From: Schizosaccharomyces osmophilus
Taxonomy: Eukaryota
Length of the DNA stretch: 64,000 nucleotides
Assembly (NCBI RefSeq): GCF_027921745.1
Contig: NC_079238.1
Span: 682,001-746,000, forward strand
Reading direction: 5' to 3'
Positions within the stretch are counted from its first letter, which is position 1. The number at the start of each line of letters is the position of its first letter. Both the position numbers and the translations under genes were made by a program. Below, one piece after another: positions 34,926-46,765 of this stretch. A model generated the notes under the pieces. It was not told the origin of the DNA and did no database searches. It saw only the letters and a list, made by a program, of their open reading frames with translations.

Positions 34926-36936
34926 TTATTTACTGGAAAACTGGGTTTTCTGAACAGTGAACTCAGCATCCTCAATTGATCGAAGAATGTTTTTGAAGCA
35001 TTTAGCCGTAGTAAAAGCAAGGTCAGTCAGCGGGGGAATTGTAGTATTGGAAGGCTGCTCATGATCCTCATAATCACACAGTAGCATGCAACATTTTCGT
35101 AATTCTTGTAGAGACACATGAATAATTCCAAATGCGTTACGGTCTCTCATCAATTCCAAAGGAGCAGAGACGTCAAACAAAGTATCTCGGATAATGCTGG
35201 TCAAAATGTGAATAAGTTGCTGCACTTCATAAGTTGCTCTGTCATCACTAATAGCATTCAAGACATGTTGGTTTACCTCGTTGTATCGCCTTGTTTTATC
35301 AGCGAGTATTGCCTTGGCAGCAGAAAGGTTCTTTAAATCATCTATGGGATGCAGGGAGGTTCTTGCATAAGAAGCAGAAGATTTACCTGAATCCAACAGA
35401 CCATACTTTTTCACAATCTCCAACAAAGTAACGCTAATGGAACAAGCAGAAGCATCAATATGACTTATTGGGAACGCACCGTTAGAACCAGCAACTCGAA
35501 CTTGTTGCATCAAATTATTGGTGAAGGTACATATATCATCTATACTACTACCTAAACCGAGTAACTCTTTCGTGAGAACTGCCTCTCGAAGACCGGAAAC
35601 GATAGCCTCAAGGGTCAAGGCAATATCTTTAGCAGTCAACATCCACTGCGAAGGATTATCTTTTCTTAAAGACGATACAAATACGTTCATCTCTACAAAA
35701 TAGCGAACGTACAGTTGCTCGTCTACGATACCATTTGGAGACAACAATTCACGAACCGTTTTCATAGAAACAGTGTTCATTGTAAATAAGCGAACATCGT
35801 CATCAATTTTAGAAGCTTTAGCATTAACAGCGACTCGTTTCCAATGTTCTATTTCGTCTTTTTGGGCTTCAAAAGATCTTTCTAATTCATTTATGTGATG
35901 CACCTTTGTTGTCTCCGACAATATGAGCCCTTGCATCATTTTTAAGCTTTTGTCAAACTCACCATCAACACCTCCAGGAGAAGCGCTTCTTGTTAATTGA
36001 GCTTCTTTTAGCTTTTCGTTCAAAGTGGTGATTTGTAACGACGTTTCATGAAGTTTCTCCTCCATATTGAATAATTTGCTTTTATGATGAACAGCGTCAG
36101 AATTCATTTTGGTTTTCAGAGACTCAATTTCTGCTTTTGAAACATCCAAAAGAGAATTTGATTTCGCGAGATTATTCTCCAACATCTCAATCTTAGCTAA
36201 ATACTTGGTTGGGGAATCTTCGGGTACACGACGAGGAGAACTCTTTGGTACAGCATCCGGCACCGTTGGCAAAGCATGGGATGATGAAGACGGTACTTCA
36301 CGGCTTGCCGCTTTTGGATGGACTACATTTGGCGAACTTATAGTTCTACGTTCAGTTGGATGCAAAGAAGACGAGGAAGGCCCCTCGATTTTTGAGCCAT
36401 GGACTGCTGGAGGGTTCTTTTGAGAAGGCACCTGAGGATGTGAAGTTGTCCGATTGGGCTGGGCTATAGAAGGAGTGGTATCAACTTCTTTGAGTGCATT
36501 GCTATAGCGAGCCTGCACCTCGAAGTATACATCCATACATAAGTCTCGAAGTCTCGATGGAGCCAGACTAGCCAATTTCTGGCGGGCATGGTTTCGTTTG
36601 GGGTGATACGATTCCACAGGAGGTAAAAATGGAACTAAACAGATATTAGTACTTTTTCATTATAAAAATTTTAGATTTCGTTACCTTTTGGATCATTATT
36701 AATCCTTCTTTGTAATTCATCGGCGACATCTGTTAAGAGCTCACTAAATTGTACATGAGATAATCGCTGAAGCTTTTCACGGGGTCTTGCATTCGCATTT
36801 CGAAGAGCAGGTTCTAAAAACTCGTTTGTTAATACTCATCTTATCAAAAAGAAGACGAACAAGGCTTACCCTTAAAAAATTCAGGTTCCAGGTATTTTGC
36901 AAGAAAGCGATACTGACGAATTATGATATTCTGCAT
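34926..36936 (-). CDS. spa2: Polarisome scaffold Spa2 (GIT/SHD repeats), 3 exons
   Basis: SHD repeats [26 protein letters not shown] and [29 protein letters not shown] at 36936 with two short N-terminal introns. Confidence 0.88.
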
Positions 36937-37359
36937 CCTACAGCACTATTGAAAAGGGAAGAAGGGCGTTTTACAAATGATGGATGAGAAAAATGAACAA
37001 CAAAGTCTCCCTTCGACCCTTGGAATGTCCTGAAAGTGCTGAAGCGATGGAAGAGAAGGAACTTGGAGTCAACGTAGCGTGTCCAAACCAAAAAAGAGAA
37101 ACTGAACGATTACGTCAACAGTAGCAAAAAATGAAGAGGACTGGAACGCAACAAATTCAAGATTCTCAAAAGGAGACTGGTTAGGCAGAAAGAGCTTTCC
37201 ATATAGACAGCAGCATGCAGGAAAAGGACGAAGGTGATGAATAGGAACCTGTTGCGCAATCCGTTTCACTACAGAAAATCAAGATAACGAAGCAAAACGA
37301 GTTCGAACAAAACGGAGCGGTGTAAAAACCATTAATACCGAAACCTAAAGAATAATTCA

Positions 37360-38014
37360 TTAAAAGAAATGAATCGTATAAAGAGCAGGAAGAGTTGGGT
37401 GTTTGGCTTGCCATTGAGCCATGATATTGGTAAATTCATCCTCAAAAGAGTCCTTGGCATCTGTCAACTGTTGCACGAGATCAAGAATGGCCTTGCCTCC
37501 AACGCTTGCTTCTTCGTGATTGTCTTTTATATCGACATTAATCAAGTAGACAGGTCGACTCTTTGATTCACCTCGACGGTACATGTCTTCACAGATGGCA
37601 TCATAACAACGTTCTTCACAAGTGATTACCACGTCGTATATAAACTCTTGGTCTTGCCAGCGATTAGGAGCACGCTTGATATGTCGATTCCTGTCTAACA
37701 TTTTAAGGAGCCCATTCGCCGTATAAAGACGAGAGTCCTGCGACTCTAGCTCTTTATAAATACTATCGTAAGGATATCCAAATGGGTAAATATTGGGCTT
37801 GTCGATACTTGGACCCGGAAGACGTACTGCGCTTCCTGTACCAAACGAATCCACCTGGTAACCAGCATTTCTACACCATTGAGTATTAGCATAATCTTCG
37901 AAACAAATAAGGAATTTCGAATGTAACGTACTTGAGTAAATTGTGTGCCTCCATACTGCGGTTCTGATTCGAAGCGCAAATGACACTGATCTCAAGCTGT
38001 GTATTTGGAGCCAT
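37360..38014 (-). CDS. ssu72: RNA Pol II CTD phosphatase Ssu72, 2 exons
   Basis: Active site CASNQNRSMEAH in exon 1; intron 37931-37871; then SFGTGSAVRLPG and ITCEERCYD. Confidence 0.94.
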
Positions 38015-38763
38015 CGTCTTCGCGTCAATTCTAAACAGTAATCTTATCGACGCTTTGTTTTCCTTTTTTACACCAAAAAAGGACCGAATGTCGCGTAAAC
38101 TGCTTTATTTTCGAGTTTTATTTACACTGCACTGAGTGTTCCATTAAAGGCAGCGCGATGCTTTTCTCATTCTTTCTTCAAAATAACGCGTCATGATATT
38201 ATGCGGTAAACGTTTAACAAGGTGCAACATTTTGAAAAAACGTGACTGCTTTTTAGGATACATTGATATATAAAGACACTTCTAATACAAAATAAACAAA
38301 TGCGATATGATGACTTTTGGCATTTGTCCAAAGGATACACGCTCAGTCATTGAGTTTGTACCACTGTAGACAAAACCGAAGCTACCTTATATTCTTTGTC
38401 TGATCGTGTTTTCTAATATAGTCGATGTTTCACCTTTGAGACAACCGCTGTACGCGGGAAAAAAGTACCAAAAAGGTATACAATAAATTTTGAGATTAAA
38501 AGCCAATAAAGAACAGTTGTATTCAATAAGTGAATCGGTAAATGTGGTTTTGTGAGAGTAGTAGAGCGGAAGATACCGGTATTATCCACTAGCCAATATA
38601 ACAAGAAGTACGCGAGTACTAATTCCAGTAGGGAACATTTTAATGAACATGATTCATGCATAGCGTTCAGTTAAAGCTGCTACATGTTATTTCAACTTTT
38701 TACTTTATAATCAATAGTACATTAGAGTCTCGTAATCCCAAAATTTCATTCACGGAACAAGTT

Positions 38764-39325
38764 TTAAACTACAGTGCCTGCATTGGAAGCAATACGGGGC
38801 CAGAGATCAGCACATTCCTTAGCAACAGGACCAGTGATAGCAGATCCCTTCATTTCACCCTTGGGGTTGACAATGACACCGGCGTTGTCTTCAAAATAAA
38901 GGAAGACACCGTCCTTACGGCGCCAGGCCTTGCGTTGACGAACAACAATGGCAGGCATAATCTTCTTACGCAAGTCAGGCTTACCCTTCTTGACAGTAGC
39001 AAGAATCATATCTAGAAAGCGTTAGTACAAAACCTTTTCGTGCCGAGATTAAAGTTGTGAAAAGCAAGCAATTTATGACACTTTTCTCTGTTAAAAAGGG
39101 CCAACAATTGTTTGTATAGCAAACCTTTCACTCGCTATATTTCATTTACTTACCACCACAGCTTGCAGCAGGGAGACGGTTAAGACGAGCACCAGTACCG
39201 AAAACGGAAACAATGTAAAGGTTCTTGGCACCAGAGTTATCAGCACAGTTCAAGATGGCTTGAACAGGGAGACCCAAGGTCATCCTGTACTTAGTACCGG
39301 AAGCTGCACCGCGTCCACGAGACAT
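38764..39325 (-). CDS. rpl2301: 60S ribosomal protein L23 (uL14), 2 exons
   Basis: [36 protein letters not shown]; intron 39153-39012; [29 protein letters not shown]. Confidence 0.96.
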
Positions 39326-39373
39326 CGTTATGTTGTGTAGAGTAGAAACTTGCTATGCTTGTTTTGTGTCCGG

Positions 39374-39381
39374 TGTGACTG
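39374..39381 (-). promoter_or_regulatory. HomolD box (CAGTCACA), core promoter element of ribosomal protein genes
   Basis: TGTGACTG on the + strand, about 50 bp upstream of the rpl23 ATG; HomolD is the known fission-yeast RP promoter element. Confidence 0.8.
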
Positions 39382-39682
39382 TCTTTCATTTTCTGACACC
39401 TCTTCGTTCCCTCTCGCTAAAATAAATAGCAAAGCGCAACGAGCTAATTGTTCGTTGTGTAAAGTAACAATATGTAAACAAAAACGAAAAGGCGGAAAAT
39501 AGCAAATGTTTGCACCAGCTGACAAGTCGTTCACGGTACAGGTATTAAAGGAATGAATTCAAAAAAGAAAGATTTACTTTTGCTGAACAATTTCTTGGTG
39601 TAGCGTACAGAAAATTTCATTCTATGCCGTTCAACATTTCATGCATCCCAGAACCCATTGCAAAGTAAATTTATCATGCGTC

Positions 39683-40390
39683 TTAAAGTCCTCCATTAAT
39701 TGGCAATATTGTGCCAGTTGCATAAGAGTTTTTTAGCAAAAACGTGCAAGCATCCACCACCTCATCGGTAGAAGCTAAACGCTTTAACGGGACACGTTGC
39801 TTCGCGATTTGACGCATTTGCTCATTTAGCATAGAAGTGTCCGTGTATCCTGGTGCAACAGCGTTCACTCGGATTCCCCGGGCTGCCACTTCGGTAGCTA
39901 GTACTTTAGTGAATGTTTCCAATGCCACTTTTGATGCTGCATAAACGCTCGTTCCGGGAAGGGAGTAGTTTGCTAGCCTAGATGATAGAAAAAGAATAAG
40001 CCTGTCTTTTGGACTTCGTTGGCGCAACCATATAGAGACGGCAATCTTTGAGAGTTTCATAGGAGCCAACAAATTTGTATTTATGATATTATCCACTTCA
40101 TTTTCACTAGTACGAACCAACAGGCTTGATTGCGTAACTCCAGCAGCATGGACAACTGTGTCAAACGTCTCTTTTTCAACAAGATTCGAAATGCTATTCA
40201 TGTCCGTGCAAACGTCTGCCACAGTATATTTATGAAACTGACCTTGAATATTGGACAATGAGCGAATTGTCTCTTGAAGTCTTTCTTCACTTCTGCTTAC
40301 CAAATGGCATTGATGACCTTGCTGACTCCATAGTTGAGCAATTCGTTTTCCTATACCACTACTCCCACCTGTTATTAGAATTCTGCGCAT
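39683..40390 (-). CDS. oar2: 3-oxoacyl-[ACP] reductase (SDR family)
   Basis: ITGGSSGIG nucleotide-binding motif, catalytic [15 protein letters not shown]; gene name from recalled synteny. Confidence 0.85.
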   Translation of the reverse strand: MRRILITGGSSGIGKRIAQLWSQQGHQCHLVSRSEERLQETIRSLSNIQGQFHKYTVADVCTDMNSISNLVEKETFDTVVHAAGVTQSSLLVRTSENEVDNIINTNLLAPMKLSKIAVSIWLRQRSPKDRLILFLSSRLANYSLPGTSVYAASKVALETFTKVLATEVAARGIRVNAVAPGYTDTSMLNEQMRQIAKQRVPLKRLASTDEVVDACTFLLKNSYATGTILPINGGL

Positions 40391-40941
40391 ACTTAATAAT
40401 AAATAAATATTCTTGCTTGTTACGTCCAAAGGTTCTTACATTTAGTCAACTCAAAGAAAGATCAGTGGAAGTACACTCTTCGCACAGTATGTGAACAAAA
40501 AATCCATAAGAAGATCATAGAATTTAATTGCTGCTTTAAGAATTCTCATATATTACTTTATTAATGAACAAAAAATATAATACTATAACACACATATAGC
40601 CGATAGGAAATGGACATAGGAAAATATCCAAACAATATATCCTACCCATGGTTTCATCAGAGAATTTCGGACCTTAGCGAATAATCATTAAAAGTGAATA
40701 ATAAAAAAGAAGTGCTCCCAATCTACAGGAGCCTTCTGCATGACAAGGATTGAATTAAATACAATAATTTGAGCATACATTTTGTTTGTTTCAATCATGA
40801 TGAATAGGTTTATAGCAAAAATAATAATTGATATGAAATTCATTCCGCTTTCACGAATCCAGTGTTAGGCAGTAATCGACAAAACTTACACGTTTCAGAG
40901 TTTTTATACAACATGATGAACAAAAAATCCAGAGAACAAAG

Positions 40942-42222
40942 TTACTCCCTTGATTTAGAAGCAAGGCAGCTTTTAGAGGGTTCTGACTTGGACGGACGAG
41001 ACAGAGTTGTCGGTTCTACGTCGCTGGTGCCATGCACCAATTTCTTGGACCATTTCACTTTCCGCTTTGAATTGGAGGGGGATTTTTTGGCTTCCACGTT
41101 GACGGGCTTGATACTAGCAGGATCGGTTTGTCTCGGGGAAAGTCCAGTGGCTTTCGCCTGTCGAAACTGTCTCTTTTTCGAAAGTGAGTCAGGATGATGG
41201 TCATCTTTATCTACTGTTCCATCTTCAGAGTGGACGTCTCGTAGCAAATTTGCAAATTTGTCAGATGTACCCAAAGTTTCAACATTTCTTTCTTGCAATG
41301 GCTTTTCTGTATATTTACCACCAGAAGAAGCCATTTCTTTCATATTCTTGGAAAAACTTTGTTTCTCTTTTGATTGGGAATCCGTTTTGCTTTTTAAGGA
41401 ATGGTCCGAGACCGGCTTTGTCGGTCTTGACGAAACCAAAGCTCTTCGAATGGCAGGACTAGCTTCCATAGCAGCTAACCGCCTCGGTCTACCCAAGACA
41501 GATGGAAGTTTCGGTGGAGGGCTGGGAGAAGCGGGGGTAGGAGAAACAGGTTCGTTTTTGGCACGCAGTCTTTTTCTGGAAGGAGGGGACAAAGGCGTCC
41601 GCACGGAAGAACGAACTGGGGAGCGTAAAGGTGGAGAATGAATCGAAGATGCACTGGAGTTTGGGGAACGATTAAGTTCCACTCTTGAGGGTGGAGAATT
41701 GAGCATAGACCCTGTTTTGGTAGGACTTGGAACTCGCGAAGGAGTACCGAGGACGACACGACTAGAGCCATTTTCATCTACAAAAAAGAGATTATTTTTC
41801 CGTTTTGAACGGGCCGAAAAAAAATGATCTTGCTCAAAGATTCCAGGAGGCGTTGAAGTCAATGAAGGATTGGAAGATACTTTGGGAGAAGATGTCAATT
41901 TTTGTTCCTTACCAGAAGCTTTCGTCGGGACAAAGTTCTTCGGAGAGGGTGAGCCATCATCAGAGAGATCTACTTTCTTTATAGGCGTAGAAGTTTTCTC
42001 TTGAAGGGAACTCATCATGGCCGGGGACGTTACTTTGGTCGGACTAGCAACTCGTGGGAGGGAAGAGGATGGCGGTTTAAAGGGGGATAGAATCCGAAGA
42101 GGAGAAGAAGCCAAACTACTATGAAACGAAGGTCGACTGGGCGAGACGGAGGACAAAGGAATGGACGGGAGAGTGAGAAAAGGAGTTACATCTGTCATCG
42201 AAAAGCGTGAAGGGACCACCAT
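40942..42222 (-). CDS. nsk1: Ser/Pro-rich basic protein with many SP/TP sites, probable Nsk1 (kinetochore-SPB protein)
   Basis: Long low-complexity ORF rich in CDK consensus sites, with a C-terminal KRKVKW (RVxF-like) motif. Identity rests mainly on recalled synteny between oar2 and sod2. Confidence 0.65.
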   Translation of the reverse strand: MVVPSRFSMTDVTPFLTLPSIPLSSVSPSRPSFHSSLASSPLRILSPFKPPSSSLPRVASPTKVTSPAMMSSLQEKTSTPIKKVDLSDDGSPSPKNFVPTKASGKEQKLTSSPKVSSNPSLTSTPPGIFEQDHFFSARSKRKNNLFFVDENGSSRVVLGTPSRVPSPTKTGSMLNSPPSRVELNRSPNSSASSIHSPPLRSPVRSSVRTPLSPPSRKRLRAKNEPVSPTPASPSPPPKLPSVLGRPRRLAAMEASPAIRRALVSSRPTKPVSDHSLKSKTDSQSKEKQSFSKNMKEMASSGGKYTEKPLQERNVETLGTSDKFANLLRDVHSEDGTVDKDDHHPDSLSKKRQFRQAKATGLSPRQTDPASIKPVNVEAKKSPSNSKRKVKWSKKLVHGTSDVEPTTLSRPSKSEPSKSCLASKSRE

Positions 42223-43864
42223 AGTTTTTGTTGAAAGAGAAAATGACTGAATAACTAGAAATAATTGGAATAAGAATGAATGATTCAAAGAGAACGACCT
42301 TGAAACCGTTCAGTTGGAATAAAATGAAAAAACCTGCTTCTGTGGTCTTTTTTTTTTCTGTTCAAACCTTATAAAAGTGTTTCTAAAGTAAAGATAAAAA
42401 AAGAAGGAAGAATGCCTGTAAAAAGGCAGCACAAGCAATATGGAAGACTATTCGATTATTTTTTGTTTCTGGGATATACTGCTTCAAAGAAAGCCGATAA
42501 TTGAAAATATTTAGGAAAAGGAAGCTATATGGAAAGAATATGAAGTTTTGAAGGTCTTCGTTTGTGTACTTCTGAAATCCTACGACGACGCTAGAGGTAG
42601 CAAAGAATCAGACACAGATGGAATGTAAACAAGGAGTCGAAAAGGGTTGGACTGAGGAAGAGCATTACTTTTAATATTGTATAGGAAGAAGGACATTTCC
42701 CAAGCGAGTTAGGGTAATGATTATGGAAGATGAAACGATCGGAACCTCTTTTTCTGTTACCATACATACGTGCACTAGTAGGGAGAACCCTTTATGGAAT
42801 AGATCAAAACTGTTTAGAGACAACGTTTTTGCTATAGAAAATCTATTTTTAATGATCGAAACAACAAAAAACTAAGCCTGACGTACTTTTTCTCACTGGA
42901 ATTTCTGTAAATGGGAAAAGAGCAACCACCGGGCTTTGTTAGCTTAATCAACGAAAGGAAAGCATAATTAGCTAATTAGTCGAGGTTGAATTCCTTTGCG
43001 GGCAAGAAATCACTAGAAAAAGGCCACATTTGTCGAAGTTTCTTCTAATAGTTGTTTTCAATTACAGCCGCCCACAGAAGAAAATACAAATAGATGAAAG
43101 AAACTTATTTGATTGAAAATGAGCCGAGGAAAAAGCATTTTATTCTTTCGTTCACCCTCTTTTTTGCTTTCTTTCTATATGATCGCATTTAAAGCAAATC
43201 TTGATGTTTTCAAATTCGCTAAAGCCAACTCAATTGTATTAAGCGAACGTTTCCTTCTAAGGTGGGAAGCAGCAGTTTGATCGTTTGTTTTTGTAGTTTT
43301 TTCTTTTTTAATCCACTTGTTCAATCAGAAAAAAGATAATCGTATGAAAATAATACAACATTTTCCTGCAGAGCCTTCTATGAGTATTCTCTGTTGGCTT
43401 TAGTGGTAGATTAACGTTGACGTTATATTGTTACCTGTTGAAGAAAGTAAAAAAGAACACGACCACTTTTGGTGATTACGATTGGCACATCTAGTGGTAG
43501 ACCAGAGTTGATTCAATGGAAAGAAAAAGAAAGAAGACCAAAGTCGGTTATGGGTTTGTTCAAAATAGTGCGCATACATTGAAAAATATATGAATCATCT
43601 TTTTCTATTGACGTCTCTTTGCATATTCCCTGTATTCTACCGGCATCATCTCATTGGTACCATATGATGACGATAAAAGTGGTTTAACCGGATGTTCTTG
43701 AACTTAACAACTACCAACCTCTTCTTGAAACCAACTACAGTTGCAAGTAGATTTTGTTCACTCTGCAAATACAGTTGCTAAACTTTTGTAATTCTGCTTT
43801 TGTCACATTTCACTGCTTGACTTCAAGCCTTTTCTTTTTGTGTCCACGTTTCCATCTCATCACA

Positions 43865-44594
43865 ATGTTACGCTTTGCTTCCAAGAACGCTTCTCTTTTT
43901 GCTCGTAACCTCACCGCTTCTGGTGTTAGACAACTCCATGGCAAGGCCGCTTTACCCCCTTTGCCTTATGCTTACAATGTATGAAAAACAATTTTGTTTC
44001 TAGTCATACATATAGAATCTATATTTCTAACCAGTTCCCTTTTAGGCTCTTGAACCTGCCATTTCTGAAACCATCATGAAATTACATCATGACAAGCACC
44101 ACAACACTTACGTGACCAACTTAAATGCTGCTCAAGACAAATTGAGCCAGCCCGACCTTGACTTGAAGTCCGAAATTGCTCTCCAAGCCGCTATCAAGTT
44201 CAATGGTGGTGGTCACATTAACCACACCCAATTCTGGTCCATCATGGCTCCTACCAGTGAAGGCGGTGGTAAGCCCGTTACCGATGGTTCTTTGCACAAG
44301 AGCATCGTCGCCAAGTGGGGATCTCTTGAAAACTTCCAAAAGGAAATGAACGGTGCTCTTGCCGCCATCCAAGGTAGTGGATGGGCTTGGTTGGTCAAGG
44401 ACAAGGAGGGCAGTCTCCACATTACTAGCACCTCCAACCAAGACACCGTTATCAACGCCAAGGTTATCATTGGTATCGATGCTTGGGAACACGCTTACTA
44501 TCCTCAATATGAAAACCGCAAGGCCGAATACTTCAAGGCTTTCTGGTCCGTTATGAACTGGAAGGAAGCCGAACACCGTTACGCAGCCAACTAA
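43865..44594 (+). CDS. sod2: Mitochondrial Mn superoxide dismutase, 2 exons
   Basis: Presequence MLRFASKN, then LPPLPYAYN/ALEP, HHDKHH, FNGGGHINH and DAWEHAYY; intron 43979-44045. Confidence 0.96.
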
Positions 44595-45164
44595 GCTAAC
44601 TTCCGTTTTTTGATGGATGTGAATGTATATCCGTATATATATATTCATTGAACTCATTCTTCTTTATTGACGCATTCAAAGCTCAACGATCGTCACTGGA
44701 TTTATCGAATCTCGGTTACTTACTAGCCCCCCCTCTGTTTTTCTTACGAACTAGAAAGAAATAACAAAAAAAATGTCTTAACGTCAGCTATGTAACGTCC
44801 ACTAAAAGAAATTTCGAATAATATTTTATTACATTTTGAATTCTAATTGTAAGTGAGTAAGTTGTGTCTGCTGAGATCATCCTTTCAAACCAGAGCATCT
44901 TTGTTTTCGTAAAAAAATCCTTTCCAACCTTTAGTATTAAAAGACATATGCAACAACATCATCAAGCGTATTCGTGAAGAAGGGTTTACCAACAATTTGG
45001 AAGCTGCAACAATGACCAACTGGACGCATAGAAAATGAATTAATTTAAGACAGCTTCATGCAATCTTCGAACCAAGATACTATTGGAAAAATATCCTTGG
45101 ATGAGATGGAAATAACGAGTGGAAGTGGAAGTAAGAAACAAAAAAGGAATGAAACATATGAGCT

Positions 45165-46469
45165 CTAAGATTCGTAAGATTGCTGTTCTAAAAGAAGCTC
45201 GACAGCTTGTTGAACATCATTAGTTTGGGACAAGGCTTGGACGGCTTGCGCTCTTGTTGTTTGCATAATAGTTTGTACAGTTTCAACGTCTTCTTCTCTC
45301 ACACCAGCCAATTCAGGACGTTCCGACCGACCGCTAATCATATCATATAACTGAGATGCAGGTCCGGCTGGCAAAACAGGTGCAGAAGGTTGACGCGTCA
45401 CAGAAGGTCGACTTCGGAAAGAGGGGTTTCTTGGTATGCTGGATGTGAAACCTGAAGCTTCAGCATCAGAATGAGGTGTAGTATCTCTTTGAAGATCTGG
45501 AACGTTTGTAGAACCGGTGTCGTTGGTAGCATTGATATCTGCGCGAAGGTTTGTATTAAAGTTGGCAGCAAATGCAGGAAACAAGGAAGAGGGATCAAAG
45601 TCCAAAGGTGCTTGGGAATCGGTATGGGGTGGACGAATATATATATGACGAGATGAAGAAACGGCAGGAACAAAGCGAGCGGGTAAACGCCAAGACGTAT
45701 AAGGGAGAAAACCATGGCAATAAAACATCCCGACGGTCCATCCAAGGACGGCGTTAAAAAAAGAGCTAGGCGGATTGGATAAGGCTAGTCCCAGTAGAGG
45801 AAATAGCATTTGAACTTTATCCGTGATGAAAATTTTATAGAATCGAACATAGACGGTTGATGGAACGACGTAAAAGTATTGATAAAGGATGGCGAAGACA
45901 ACGAAGGTAGGGCCAGGGTGAATGTATCCAAAGTTATGGAATAAGTAGGCTAAGGGAAAACAGAATAGTGGAGTTATAAACGTTCCCATTGCAAACATAT
46001 AAATGCAAAATGAAGCATATTTATTAGATCCTAACAACCGTTCCACGTCTCGAGCTTGATACAGTATAAAAAGTGCCTGAAGAACCTCTGTTGAATTCCA
46101 GTAGACCAATTGCCATATTAAAAGTCTCCAGTACTAAACCATGGTTAACAAATGTAATTAGAGGAGCCTCAAATGCTGTTTGCACCAGCCAGAGCTCGTC
46201 AATGTCGCAAAGAAGTAAGTACCTGATAGTGAGATGTCAGATGCAAAGTATAATTTATATGGAAATAGGGCTTCAATCCAAAAACTCCTGCTACGACTGC
46301 AGCAGTAGAAATTCCTATTAACAGAAATTTCGTAATCTCCATATTCGCAGGAACTGAATACAGTTAGTTTTATGTCAGGATTATGCGACAATATTCCACC
46401 AACTGAAGAACTTTGGCTTCCAAACTGATTTTTTGGTTTTTACTTACCGTTATTACTGCTACTCGACAT
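45165..46469 (-). CDS. dsc2: Dsc E3 ligase subunit Dsc2 (UBAC2-like rhomboid pseudoprotease with UBA domain), 3 exons
   Basis: QYWRLL, ERLLGS.KY and a C-terminal UBA (AVQALSQTNDVQQAVELL); ATG at 46469 with two N-terminal introns. Confidence 0.88.
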
Positions 46470-46765
46470 GATGGCTCTGAAATTGCTTTTGGTTTCTCAA
46501 GCAAATGGCCAACACTGACCGACTTGGCCATAGGATAACGAAAACCGTGGTGACTCGTTAATTTGGCATCAAGAAGAAGGAATTACCCAAGTCTAAGAGT
46601 CGAAAGGGTTTATGGGTTTCAATACGAAGGTTGTTTTATATAGCTTCGTCAGCAAAGACGCTCAAGAAGCTTCTACAAGTGAACAAACATTCTTCAAAGG
46701 AACGTAGAAAAATATGCATTATCAAGAAGTCATAGTCTCATATCAATAGAACAAAAGCAGGCTCA

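Noticed and set aside
44121..44657. 178-aa antisense ORF over sod2, and similar ones over tif211, png1, rpl23 and alm1
   Set aside because: Expected by-products of codon bias in the sense gene; no recognisable domains.
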